Of a stretch of 64,000 nucleotides of DNA, positions 1 through 12,745 are shown one piece after another. A program made the position numbers and the translations under genes. The notes beneath the pieces are model-generated. The model had not been told where the DNA came from. It saw nothing but the letters and a program-made list of their open reading frames with translations, and ran no database searches. The DNA is taken from contig NIVC01003953.1 in the NCBI GenBank assembly GCA_002269645.1, positions 3,866-67,865 on the forward strand, read 5' to 3'. The DNA is from Macrostomum lignano (taxonomy: Eukaryota). The stretch's first letter is position 1. Every line of letters starts with the position of its first letter.

Positions 1-169
1 AAATTAACAAAGTAAAACATGTTTCAAGTATTTCTTCATTAAATAAGCGCAATACCATATGATACTATTCACTTAATTTTGAATTTAGGAATGAAAAATG
101 CAAAAAAATGTGACAACCAGCGTACTAGCTAAGCATTTCAGTTTCAAATTTAAATATTGCGATTGTTGC

Positions 170-318
170 AAAGTAACTGTAATGGACTTTCGAAATTTAG
201 TAACTTACCGTTACTCCGTTACTAAAATAAAAAAGTAACTTTAAAAAGGAACGCTTTACGAAAAAGTAACTTGCGTTACCATTTGCAAGTTACTCGGTAA
301 TGGAAGTGCCCAACACTG
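170..318. mobile_element. Possible non-autonomous DNA transposon/MITE end with GTAAC/GTTAC subterminal motifs
   Basis: Dense GTAACT/GTTAC motifs in both orientations, ending in CCCAACACTG (309-318), which looks like a TIR. No partner TIR seen in the window. Confidence 0.3.
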
Positions 319-788
319 CTGTGCGCATACAAGCGCGCGAATACTGTACACAGTCACGCACTCGTGCACACGCTCATTCAGGGTGTACAGCGGCCGTAAA
401 TTTATAATCTTCGAATGTTCGAGTATAATGTTCGAGTATAGGTATTCGTACTTCAATTGTCCTGTTTAAAGTACATGCAAAACCAGTGTTACCAGCTTAC
501 TAATCATAATCAATGCGTCTATACGCTTTCCTTTAAAATACATCGCTGTCCATTTGGCTAGAGTATTTCGTGTCACATTGGAGAGACACCAAGGGAGAGA
601 CGATCAGACAGAGCTAATTGCCTAGTAAAGCTTTACTCATACTCGGTGCGATGATGAGTATGTTTCTAGATGGAGCGTGAGCATTAGCCAGCTGCCGACT
701 TTGAACTGCATGATAGGCACAAATATTCAAGCCAAACATTGTAAAAGACTCGAAATTGGCTTGAGAATCTAATCAAATTCATTTCCAG

Positions 789-3700
789 ATCCTCGCAGCA
801 TTGACGAGCCCGACTGTTTCGGCCGCAGTCCGCTGATGCACGCGGCGCAGCACAACCAGTTCGCCGTGGCCGAGTGGCTGCTCCGCTCCGGGGCCAACGT
901 CAACGCCTGCGCGCACGGTTCGACACCTGACTACTACTATTAGTATCTTGATTATTTAGTCTGTTTAGGGTTGCTACTTTTATGCAAATGAAACTCAAAT
1001 CCGCTCCTCTGATTCTACCACAAGCCACTCTGATTCCACAACAGGCCACTCTGAGTCCACAACAGGCCACTCTGAATCCACAATAGGCCACTCTGAATCC
1101 ACAACAGGCCACTCTGAATCCACAATAGGCCACTCTGAATCCACAGCAGGCCACTTTGAATCCAGAATAGGTCACTCTTGAATCCACAACAGGCCACTCT
1201 GAATCCACAACAGGCCACTTTGAATCCAGAATAGGTCACTCTAAATCCACAACAGGCCACTCTGAATCCACAACAGGCCACTCTTGAATCCACAACAGGC
1301 CACTCTTGAATCCACAACAAGCCATTCTGAATCCACAACAAGCCAGTCTGAATCCACAACAGGCCAGTCTGATTCTACAACAGACCACTCTGATTCTACA
1401 GACGCCCCACCCCACCCCAACCCTCCAGACCGATCAACCGCCCTTCACGTGGCGATCAGCCGTGGCCACGCGGACCTGGCGGAGCTGCTGGTAAAGTACG
1501 AAGCCAGCCCAGACGAGCGGGACGTGCTGGGCCGGGCGCCCATGCACTGGTCGGTGACGTCAACCAGCACCGAGTGCTTGAAGCTGCTTTTGCGCCACCG
1601 GGCGGATCCGCGGGTTCGGGACGCGGACCAGGCCACGCCGGCGATGTGGGCCTGCCGCCTGGACCGGGTCGACCACTTCGCCCTGCTCAGCGCCCGTCTT
1701 GCGGCTGCTTCTGCAGTCGGCAGCGAGGACGACAGAGACGCATTGGGGAGGACCTACGTGCACTGGGCAGTGCGACGACAGGAGCCTTTAGAGTGCTTGA
1801 AGGTAAGCGCAGTGTAAACTTCTTGTAAAACATGTTGATGAATTCTAAGAAAATAAGCGCAGTTTTTAGAGGAAACAAACCATTTTTAGTAAATGGACTA
1901 GCAATCTAGTGCCCCCCTTCGGGGCGCCCAAAAAGCAAGTTACGAAAATTATTTATGTGAATCCTATTTGCTTTGAAATCTTAGCAATTTCCCAATAAGT
2001 CTTGCCATCTCAGCAATTCCACCCAAAAACTTTAAAATCTCAGCTATTTCCCCCAAGCCCGGCCAAAAATGAAAAAGGAAAAATGCCGCTGTACACCCCA
2101 TGTGAGTGTCTGCGTACGTGTCCGCGTGCATCATCCTCGCTGGCTGCGGACCCCCAAAGACCCCCTCTAAAAATCTAATCTTGCATGTAACTTCACATCG
2201 TCTTCAGAACCTGCTGACAGCTCAGAGTGTGCTGGTCACGGATAACAGTGGCAAAAATGCATTGATGGTCGCAGCCGAGCAAGGTAGGTCAAATCTTATC
2301 TAAATTGCTTTTTTCCGGCGCAAGATGGACTTGAGCTGATTTTAGACTTTTAAAAAAAATAAAACCAGGATCTCTGGCCGCATGCAAACTTATCCTGGAG
2401 GCCTGCAAAGACTCCATTGTTGAAGCCATCGACCAGCGAGATCAGGACCAAAGGACCGCCGCTCACCTGGCCACTCTGGGTGGTCACGGTGAGGTGCTCA
2501 ACTACCTGCTAGACAGCGGAGGTATGGGGCTGGTTTCACGTGTAGTCTTTTACAAATTGGATTCAAAATATGCCTGATCGGCAACGGTTCATTCCTCAGC
2601 CAACCTGGAGCTCCGGGACAGCGACAACGCCACGCTGTGGGACTACGCCAAGCAGAGGCACCTCAACTACTGCAAGCTGATCATCGCCAGCCACTTCCGC
2701 CAGCGGTACCGCGACAATGACGCCACCGCAGCAGCCGGAGGGTCGGCCTTCGATCTGAACTCAATGAGCGAGCAGCTTCGAGGCTCCATGCCTATGGTAG
2801 GGACCTGGGGACACTTGAGTAACTGAGGGCTGATTGAGTGACCCAGTGTAGTGCAGGTCTTGAGCGGAATCGAGGTGTAATAGGCTGTTGTGGAATCCGA
2901 TTGGGTGTGTTGGAGGCTGTTGTGGAATCCTATTGGGTGTGTTGGAGGCTCTTGTGGAATCCTATTGGGTGTGTTGGAGGCTGTTGTAGAATCCGATTGG
3001 GTGTGTTGGAGGCTGTTGTGGAATCCTAGTGGGTGTGTTGGAGGCTGTTTTGGAATCCGATTGGGTGTGTTGGAGGCTGTTGTGGAATCCTAGTGGGTGT
3101 GTTGGAGGGTGTTGTGGAATCCGATTGGGTGTGTTGGAGGCTGTTGTGGAATCCGAGTGGAAGTTGGAGGCTGTTGTGGAATGAGGGTGCAAGGTCGGTT
3201 TCATGTGTAGACATTGTTTTTTCAAGCAATTGCTTCCGAACAACTTATTTGGTATTGATTGATTGCAGTTTATGACAATCCACTAATCCAACTGATATGC
3301 CGGCTGCACCTCAGGTTGAAGAGTTTCCAACTAACACTACTTACAGTAGGCGGCTTTTATCTCCTCTCAGTGACAGCTAATTACTCCCGAACTCCTAACC
3401 ATCCCCTGCGCCGCCAGCTGCTGGCAAAGTTCCCCAGCCCGTGCTCCCAGCAGCAGCCATCAGCAGCCGCATCCTCTGCTGCCGGAGCCGGGCACGGGCC
3501 CAAATCCCAGTCGCAGAGTGGGAGCGCCGGTGGCGGGTCGGCCAGCAACCTGTTCACCATGCGCCCGAGGCCGCCGCCGCTGCCGCAGCCCAGCAGCTCG
3601 AATTTGACCTCGTCTGCGCCGCGTACTCCGCGGACGCCACGGACTCCGCGAACTCCGCGAACTCCCCGGATGCAGCCAGCGCCGTCGCAGAGCCGCCAAC

Positions 3701-6190
3701 GCGCCGACTCTTCGTCGATCATCGGTCTCGACGCCTCCTGTTACGAGTCGGACGGCGCTGAAATCGACGACGACGAGGAGGCCGGCAGGCCGTCGGCGCC
3801 GACGCCGCGCCGAGCCAAGAAAGCGCAGTTGACGAAGCAGAGCGGCTTTGCAGTGCCGCCCGAGCCAGCGGAATACAACAGAAATTATGCGGCCTCGGAG
3901 TCTGCGGACAATGATGAGGCTGGCAGCTCAAACGATGGCGCAGACAGGAAGCCAAGTGTCCACGTGAGGATCTGGGACAAGTTCCTCGTCTCAGTCTTGT
4001 AGACAACTGTTTCTGCCACTGTCCTTTCTCATTTAAATAGCATGCACTCTTTGTGTCGCAGTCACTCGCCTAACTATATAGAAAATGCACTGAGCGCACT
4101 CATTTCCCATTCTCGTTTTATATTTCTGCCCCTCCCAGCACCCACCTCACTACCGATGACGCCAGCTTCACTTCTATTGTATAAGAAAATTAGCTTGGCC
4201 ATGGATGAGTTAATTTTTAAAAATAGAAATGATTTGGAAAACAATTTCTGCTATTCGCGCACCGTGGTAACAATATGGTACAATATGATATGCACGCATT
4301 TTAGAAAAACATTATGAAAATAAACTTATACTAAGGCAACAGCGTAATTAAACAAAATTTCCAGGAAATTTCGCCGAGACCGCCGACAACGCCGCCGCCA
4401 ACGATTCGGCGTCGATTGCGAAGCTTGGAAGCGACAACGGAGGCGGTGGCGACTGCGACCGCGGCTGCCGCTTCGTCGCGTCGGAGCTCCAGGGAAAACT
4501 GGGCCGACGCGTCCGGCGGATTCGATCGGAAAGAGAGCGAAGACGACGGCGTGGAGATGGCGGTGGCGTCGGCCGAAATTCCAGGTGCGAAAATTTGATA
4601 CTCACAACCAGTCATGAGCTAAAGAAGCGATGCTTTATGCCTTGAAATAAAAAATAATAAACGATGAATTAGGACGCTCGTCTAAGAGTGCAAATATGTG
4701 ACCTTGTTGGTCTTGGCTCACTGTCTTCCGCTAGAGGAGAAGTCGTAACAAGACCTTATAAAGCGTTTCCGCTCATCAGGGCCACACGTGTTGTAAATGC
4801 CTGACGATGAAAGGTAAGGGCTCTTGTACACTCTGAGACTCTGCGTACGTGTGAGAGCTCGAATTTTAAGGAAATGAGCATTCATGACTCGAGAAAAGTA
4901 ATAAGGACCAGAAGTACCTGGCTGGAGGGAGGGTTAGGGTCAGGCTCATGCTGCACTATAATTTAGTGGAACCGACTGATTCAAAACCCGCCAGATCCGC
5001 TGCTCGGCCTGATTGGCGCCACAAGCAGCGCCGGTTCGCTCAACGGCGCGGCGGTAAGCGACGATCCTCCGGCGATGATCTTGGCCCACGACGAAGCCGA
5101 CCCGGCGTCGGACAGCGTCCTGCTGCCTCCGCCGCCGCAGTTTCAGGCTGACAGCTCCCCTGGCTTGAAGGGCGAGTCGGTTGAAGTGGCGAGCCCTGCA
5201 GACGCGACCACGGCAGACCCCACTGAGGAGCCACAGCCTGTAAACGTGCTGCCATGTAAGAATTTGCATAAATGTTAACAATTAGGGAACATTGTTTAAC
5301 TAATATAAAACCAGATAGATAATTAAGTTTTGGGAACTAACAGGTGGTTCAGAGATCCCAACCAAACAGAAACACCAACCAACATCGCCTACCTGCTGCC
5401 TTGCTTCCACTAACACCAAACAAAACCCGCAAGACACCAACCAGCATCGCCTACCTGCTGCCTTGCTTCCACTAACACCAAACAAAACCCACAAGACACC
5501 AACCAGCATCGCCTACCTGCTGCCTTGCTTCCACTAACACCAAACAAAACCCACAAGACACCAACCAATTTCCCCACCCGCAGCCCCTCGCCCGCTACCG
5601 GCGCAGCTTCAGCCGCTGGGCGTGGCGCCCGGCAGTCGCCTTCCCGGCGTCATCGCTTCGGAAGCTCCGATTGGCAACGGCGATTCCACTGCGACATCAG
5701 CGAACCCTACCGCTCAAACAAAGAAAAAGAAGAAGACAAAGCGCCGGGCGCACTCGTCCACGCAGCAGCAGCAGCAGAACGGCTTTTCTAGCGGAATTTC
5801 GCCGGCTGCGCCGCTTGCGCCACCTGGGGCGGCTTCTTCTGGTGGACTGTTCCAGCCGCTCAGCCCGTGAGTGAGACTGCGGAGCTGGCCTAGAGAATGT
5901 GATGAGAGGAGAGGGACAAGGGGGTCGGAGGGGAGGGAGGAGGGTTTTCACACTGTCTGGAGACGCGACGGCTTATCAAAATCGGAACGCTTTTTTCGCA
6001 CCGCTTGTACAGCCGCGCTCAACTGCTTGACGGCGCCAACGCGGGTCCCCCTTGGCTGGGACACCAGCGACCGCTGGACTTCCCGATCGCCTCTCCGCGA
6101 TCTGGACATCAGCAAACTCCGCCTCAGCTGGCGTCCGCTACCGCATCTGACAGTCAGCAGCCTCCTTCGTCCCCATCCGGGTTGTGGTGA
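789..6190 (+). CDS. Ankyrin-repeat protein (inversin/ANKRD55-like N-terminus) with a long low-complexity C-terminus; 5' end not located
   Basis: Phase-consistent GT-AG exons: 789-917, 1429-1802, 2208-2283, 2369-2521, 2600-2796, 3418-3963, 4365-4584, 4995-5255, 5584-5866, 6013-6186/6190. Ankyrin motifs: FGRSPLMHAA, RSTALHVAISRGH, LGRAPMHWSV, LGRTYVHWAV, GKNALMVAAEQG, QRTAAHLATLGGH. Confidence 0.75.
1006..1400. repeat. 21-bp intronic minisatellite (GGCCACTCTGAATCCACAACA)n
   Basis: About 18 tandem copies inside intron 918-1428. Confidence 0.95.
1898..1930 (-). mobile_element. Helitron-like 3' terminus (GC hairpin then CTAG|T)
   Basis: Minus strand reads GCGCCCCGAAGGGGGGC (hairpin), then ACTAGATTGCTAG followed by T. 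No 5' end or coding region found. Confidence 0.3.
2870..3180. repeat. 32-bp intronic minisatellite (GGAGGCTGTTGTGGAATCCGATTGGGTGTGTT)n
   Basis: About 9 tandem copies in intron 2797-3417. Confidence 0.95.
5358..5567. repeat. 62-bp tandem repeat, about 3.3 copies, intronic
   Basis: CCAACCAGCATCGCCTACCTGCTGCCTTGCTTCCACTAACACCAAACAAAACCC recurs at a 62-bp period. Confidence 0.9.
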
Positions 6191-7784
6191 GTCTCTGCAT
6201 TATTTAGAGAGATTCTTTATTCTCAATCGCCCAGTTCTCATTTTTATTGAATTCATTTTTCATTTTTAATTGCAGACCTCGCCGCCGCAGGGTAAGGGGA
6301 TTTTCTTCCCGGTGCCGGGCAAGCCGCGACCTACCTGGGTGGCCGGGCCCGTGGCTGGCCGAGGCTCGGAGTTGTGATCGACGGAGGCTGCGGCGCGCTT
6401 CGGTCAGGTCAAGCTTTGCCAGAATTTCTGTGTGGCCCAAAGAAAGCACCAATTATTGCTTGCAATAATGCTCTTAAAAGAAGTATTCCATCAGTGTCAT
6501 TAGAAAAAAGCAAAATCTTATTTTATAATAAATATGGAGTCAAGATCTAAAAAATAATAAATGTGATTTAAGCTAAGCCATAATATAAAAAAGCAAATAA
6601 AAGTCTACTTGCCTGCAATAAGTGTATCAATAGTGCAATAAAAATAGAAGGAGTTTTCACAAACACAGTTAAAGTGAGGAATTTAGAAGAGTTCATGACT
6701 CAGTCAACAGGGGTGCATGATCGAATCAAAGAAAACGTCGCAAATTGTTTTATTAAATAAACAATATAATATACAACGGGAAATTATAATTTTAGTTTTC
6801 CAATTGTTAGAATTTTCCACTGAATTCTTTTTTGGTAATTTTATTTAACTCGTATTCAGAGAACTTTAAAGAATTAAATACAATAAAATTTGTTTGAAGT
6901 ACTACAAATCCGTAATTTTCTATAACTTTTTACGAAATATTACCAATTTGAATTTCCTGTCGGTGCTGAAACGCGATAAGATAAATATATATAATTGTAT
7001 GCAATTTTTTCAATGATAAGTCGAATTCTTAGCTAACTTAAATCGCAAAATTTGTTTAAAATGTACAGCTTATTCTCTTGCCCAAGATATTAGCGGTAGG
7101 GACAGGCTTGCCCGCTGCATGCAAAGCTGCACTCAGCTTCTGCTATATTCCTCTGATAGTTTCAAATTACTTTTTTATAATTAAATGAATACGATAACGC
7201 AATGTTTTAGTTTTTTTACATCGATGTGCGCGTTTTTGTTGTGATCGAGGACGCTCTTTTTTGCTGTGCCATTCTTTTGTTCAATTCTTTCTCAAGTCTA
7301 TAAATATTTAAATATCTGACACATTTAAATGTGTTGACACATTGACTGCTCATGTTAGCAGCTGTAGCTGTAAAAATTGTATAACATTTTTATTTGATTG
7401 TCTGGTCACAGTTATTAAAACAGTCAAGTGGCAGGTTGTGCTCTTTTGTTTAATCACTTTTTAATAATAATTCTTATTTATTTTAGCGCAGACATTGCTT
7501 TAATACGCTTACGTATACCGTTTAACACCCGAAACTTTGTTTAAATATCTGAAAATATACTTCCCGCAATGCGGGATCTTTCGCGAATTAATGTGTCCTG
7601 ATTTTCTTTTTTCCTCTATTCCGACTTTCGCCTCTTGTAACCATTGCTCTCAAGCGGCCTTGTGTGTACTTTCAATAATTTATTTAATGTATACCGGTAT
7701 AAAATTTATATTGGCTTTGTTCCTTCTAAAAGTCGTCTATATTAGTTATATTATAAATACATAAAAGTTCATGTAGTTTGTATG

Positions 7785-8132
7785 CACCAGGGGGCGCCAG
7801 CACCAGGGGGCGCCAGCACCAGGGGGCGCCAGCACCAGGGGGCGCCAGCACCAGGGGGCGCCAGCACCAGGGGGTGCCAGCACCAGGGGGCGCCAGCACC
7901 AGGGGCGCCAGCACCAGGGGGCGCCAGCACCAGGGGGCGCCAGCACCAGGGGGCGCCAGCACCAGGGGGCGCCAGCACCAGGGGGCGCCAGCACCAGGGG
8001 GCGCCAGCACCAGGGGGCGCCAGCACCAGGGGGCGCCAGCACCAGGGGGCGCCAGCACCAGGGGGCGCCAGCACCAGGGGGCGCCAGCACCAGGGGGCGT
8101 CAGCACCAGGGGGCGCCAGCATGCACCAGGGG
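7785..8132. repeat. 16-bp G-run minisatellite (GCACCAGGGGGCGCCA)n
   Basis: About 21 near-identical copies. The ORFs across it are repeat translations. Confidence 0.97.
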
Positions 8133-10134
8133 TGCTCATTTGAGTGAGCATCATGCAAAGCTCCAATATTCAGCCGATTGGCGGGTGTGAGACCGCAGTA
8201 ACTGTGAGCCCTCGAAAATTCCTAGAAACAAGGTGCCCCCGGTCCTTCTACTACAGACACCAATGGTCCTTGAAAAATGCATTGGCTTTTTGTTAAACCA
8301 ATTAGCAAAGTCGCGTCGCCAATCCATTGTTTATTGGTGCATAAGCACCAAAATCGATGGCGGCTGTAAAACTTTGTCTTTACGAGCGTATTGCGGCAAA
8401 TTTTTATGACTTGAATACTGCGGGTCTACTAGCTGTTGGCGCGTGTCTGCTAAAAAATTCTGAGTTTGAGTCTCTGCACTTAAATTATGACTATTAGGAC
8501 CATAATTTTGATCGCCAGAAAACTTCAGCGAAGCTATTTTATCCGTACGTAAAAATATATTTTGCAATTCCGTTTTCAAATTTTTAAATGACATTTAATT
8601 TCTGGTTCTGAAGAATCTTCATATGGGTTTTAAGGTTCTTTGAAAGTTCCTCAAATACCTTGGGATTTTTACCTAGCTCTGGAAATTGTGTAATATTGAT
8701 ATAGTATGCGAATGAGCAACGCCTTCCATTCTATTTTAGGAATGAAATAGAATGAAATAGAATATAGAAGAGAGTAGAACAGAATTGAATTTTAGCATTC
8801 TGAAGCTGCACTTGAGTGTAAATGAATTGCCAACAAAAATGACGAAAGCTTTCTGATAAATTTAAGGATCGCTTTTTTCCATTTTAAGCATTTAAAAATA
8901 GCTTTACCCATTGTTCCCAAGCGCGGGCTTGATTTTCCAATTAGTTTAATTGCGAAAACAGCAAAAAGGTACAACACCGGATGTGAGTGACTGAGTCCGA
9001 GAGGCAATGGTGCTACTTATAGGCTATTCTCACTAACAAAAAGCATTTTCACGTAAAATGGACTGCAAAGTATGACTGCTCATAAACAGTGATTCTTAAA
9101 GCGAATAGTGTAGCAAACAACTCAGCTTCCTGAGCAACGCATCGCCATAACTTTACTTCCTTGTTAACAGAAAAAAGCTAGTTCTATAAACGGACTCTAC
9201 CGCAAAACAATGTTGAGACAACAGACACGGAGATTGGGAAGGTAGGAAAGGCCTTGAAAGAACCCCATGCCAATGTGAAGCCAGGAAAGACCGGCCTTCT
9301 GATAAAAGCAGACAGGTAATTCGCGACCATTTGACCCCATCTCGCGGTCCCGCAGGAAACTGCGCCACTATCTGAGGATCAGAGGGCACTTCTGAAATCT
9401 CCCTCTGATATTCGATCCCACCCTCCCCTGCTGTGTTGACCGAGCAGGGTGAAAGACCATGAGGTCTGTTTGCACTGCTCCCCGTCTGTTGCCAACCTGG
9501 CTGAGCAAACACCAATTTCGCCGGTTATCTATAAGCCAGACCGTTCCGATCACGCAGACCTGCGGATTATTTCTGTAGCTTTGCTGAAAAATCTGGAGCT
9601 ATAAGGGTGCATTTTATTTTTGGGAGACCCAAAGTGGCCTCTGTTGTGTTTTCATTCGACTGGAAATCTAAAAATAAAAGTTGAAATTGACCAGATTTCG
9701 AGAGACTGCGCATTAACAGAGGTAGAACAAGCAGACCTACATTGGCGAATGCTAGTTTAAATAGCTGATCTATGATGATGTACAAACAAGCATAATAATA
9801 TAAAAAGAATACAATGTACAGCTCTAAGGTACACGGAAAGTCGAGTGCAAAAGCGAACCAACACAATGACAAAAGCCCAAGTATTCTGTAGACGAGAGAC
9901 GAACATGAAACTGCAGACAGGATGCAGATTATAATTCGAGGAATGGAAACCAGAGCTACCATGAGTTTTGTTGCGGCTAAAGCTGTTCGGAAAAGAGATG
10001 CTGACGAATGCCGAACTGATGCTCCAAACTCAAAATTAAAGCCAGACTTTACGAGCTCTTTCTCGATCCCAATGTTTCCCTTGAGTTTAAGCGGAGCCTG
10101 GGAACGACGCGAATTGAAGTTGTACACAAGCGCC

Positions 10135-11040
10135 TCAAAACTCCTGGCTCGCAGCGGGCGCCTCGTGTCGCCCTCGACGCCGCAGGCTGAACCGAGACAG
10201 CGACTTGGCGAAGGAGGTGCGCAGCCGGCTCAGTGACGAAGCCTTCGCTGCGGGCGATGCTGGGCTGCTGTTGCTGTTCGACGACCGATCGAGGCATCGA
10301 CGACTAGCTGCGCCAGCGGCGAAGGCTGGAAGCTCGCGTTCCGCCTGCACCGTTGCCGCCAGGGCGGCCATGGCGCGAAAGTCGAGCTCAACGTAGATCA
10401 ACTGTTGCTCTCGCTGCAGCCGGCAGGACTGGCCTCGACCCGAGGAGAAGTCCAGCTCCATGTAGTTGAGCCGCGGGTTGCTCAGCTCGGCGCCAGGCTG
10501 AGGGCACAGCGACGACGTTGACAGCGTGTGCTCGGCGTCGGCGTCTCTCAAGTTAGCGTACTCCCGATGATGTTGCGGGACTGCGCTGCGCTGCGGCCGC
10601 AGGTTGACGTAGTCAAGGCGTTGGTCCCGGAGGTTTTGAGTTGTCGGAGCCGCCTGCTGAGTAGCATTTGGCATCTGTGCTGGCAGCTGCGGGAATACCT
10701 TTACTTTTTATAACGAGGGCAAGAGAGGTTTACCGAACAGTAGCAATATGAGCAGCACTTACTGGCGACTGAGACGGCTTGTAGGCAGCTGGAGCAGCAG
10801 CATGGCCAGATGAAGCTGCGGTGCTAGCAGCTGCTGAAAGCATTGCTGTTGTTCTGAGCACCACACGGTTACCAACAAGCACAGGCTGAGTATTCAGTAG
10901 CAATGGTGTCATGTCCGCCGTGTGTCCATTGGCCAACCTGGAGATTAATTCGCTCACACCGGTATTTTCCCTTATCCTTTATGCTGACTGCAAAGTCTGT
11001 ACTGATTGAGAAGGGTTTGGAAGTTGCTCACGCGACTGCG
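10135..11040 (-). CDS. C-terminal part of a tyrosine-motif docking/adaptor-like protein (FRS2/Gab/DOS-like); 5' exons unresolved
   Basis: Exons 10937-10763 and 10686-10135 join in phase (gtaagt donor, cccgcag acceptor). A short exon near 11040-11003 fits the phase. Motifs DYVNL, EYANL, LNYMELDF, LIYVELDF. No PTB or PH domain found. Confidence 0.55.
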
Positions 11041-12172
11041 CTGCAGAGTAAGGATTGCTGTACTACCGTATCGCGCGACTTTTCCACAGAGAGAGGCAGT
11101 GAGGCCTGGAAGCTTCAGAGAATTTTTATAGGGAAATTCTACTCTACTGAACCAATGGGCGCCCAGGTCGGGCGGGAACAGGGGGGAGTGGAGGAGGGGA
11201 AAGAGAGAATGACCTGATACTATATGCGGCTTTGTGACGCATTCCACCCTGGGCAAAAAAGTGGTCGCTTCTGGTGAAAGCAACCACTGCACGCAGCTGG
11301 ACACAGAGAGAGAGATTACACATTAGCAACGACCAAGCAGTTCGGGTTGTGTGTCTCATTTGGACTGTACGCCACAATTGCAACTGTCCCTATATCTGTC
11401 TCCAGCCCCCACGTATGCAATTCTCCAGGGGCAATTCGGAGGGGAGGTTGTCAGGGGACCAGCGGGCCTCTCCTTCGGCCTGTCTGTCCCGTAGCGTTTC
11501 TGACTAGAAAGGGCTCGAGAGCTGGACTGCTGGCAAAGGGGAGAGAGTTGCAGCCCGTTGGCTGTATAGGCCCGCCGCATTACACATAGCAATTATATTG
11601 GAAAGTACAAAGTGCCTGCACTGAGAGCTTTAGCTGGTGCTATCTGGTTTTCACTATTACAGCTGATACAGGCTCTGGCAATAGGCCGGGTCAGCCGCCA
11701 AATTGCAGAGCGGCCGCCTGCTGTAGGCTGTCCCTGTAGCAGAGTGAAACAGTAAACTGATAGTGTGACTCTTGTGATAAAGGGTTCACAGAGTCTGCTA
11801 GACCTGTATGTTGACTTCGACTCAATCAGAGGGGAGTCATGGAATCCCTACCTAAGCTTAATGCAGCATACTTTTAATAGCCTCAAAGTCATGATCCAGG
11901 ATTATTATTCATAAAAAACATGCAAGACTTGAGAATTAGGCTTCATCTCAAGCAGAAAATCTTGCTTTCGAAAGGTATCTGATCCGAAGAAAGGTGATTA
12001 ACCGACAGAGATCTGATAGTGGGCCATATTATTGCTAACAAATTAATGTTTAATAAGTAATGGGGTTGGGATCAGAGCCCATGGGACCAATAATGGGAGG
12101 ACCAAAAGACGTTGGTGGATTTTTCAAGGATAAGGACCTTCCAGCCAGTCCCAAAAATCTTCTAAGGGGTGC

Positions 12173-12745
12173 TAACAGAGGAGGCGCCAGCTACAGAGGG
12201 GCGCCAGCTACAGAGGAGGCGCCACTAACAGAGGAGGCGCCAGCTACAGAGGAGGTGCCACTAACAGAGGAGGCGCCAGCTACAGAGGAGGCGCCACTAA
12301 CAGAGGAGGCGCCAGCTACAGAGGAGGCGCCACTAACAGAGGAGGCGCCAGCTACAGGGGAGGCGCCACTAACAGAGGAGGCGCCAGCTACAGAGGAGGC
12401 GCCACTAACAGAGGAGGCGCCACTAACAGAGGAGGCGCCAGCTACAGAGAGGCGCCACTAACAGAGGAGGCGCCACTAACAGAGGAGGCGCCAGCTACAG
12501 AGAGGCGCCAGCTACAGAGGGGCGCCAGCTACAGAGGGGCGCCAGCTACAGAGGGGCGCCAGCTACAGAGGGGAGCCAGCTACAGAGAGGCGCCAGCTAC
12601 AGAGGGGTGCCAGCTACAGAGGGGCGCCAGCTACAGAGGGAGCGCCAGCTACAGAGGGGCGCCAGCTACAGAGGGGAGCCAGCTACAGAGGAGGCGCCAG
12701 CCACAGAGGGAGCGCCAGCTACAGAGGGGGTCTCAGCTACAGAGG
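12173..12745. repeat. 17-18-bp minisatellite (GAGGAGGCGCCAGCTACA / GAGGAGGCGCCACTAACA)n
   Basis: More than 30 copies. Two alternating variants on the left, shorter variants on the right. Confidence 0.95.

Noticed and set aside
4740-4752. AAGTCGTAACAAG, identical to the conserved SSU rRNA 3' motif
   Set aside because: Only 13 nt match, and the flanks are not rRNA.
9567-10127. 186-aa hydrophobic ORF
   Set aside because: It lies just past the adaptor stop in AT-rich, 3' UTR-like sequence, begins at a non-ATG codon and has no recognisable family.
12060-12461. (EEAPAT/EEAPLT)n protein
   Set aside because: The frame is lost once 17-bp units appear, and there is no splice or signal evidence. Treated as a non-coding satellite.
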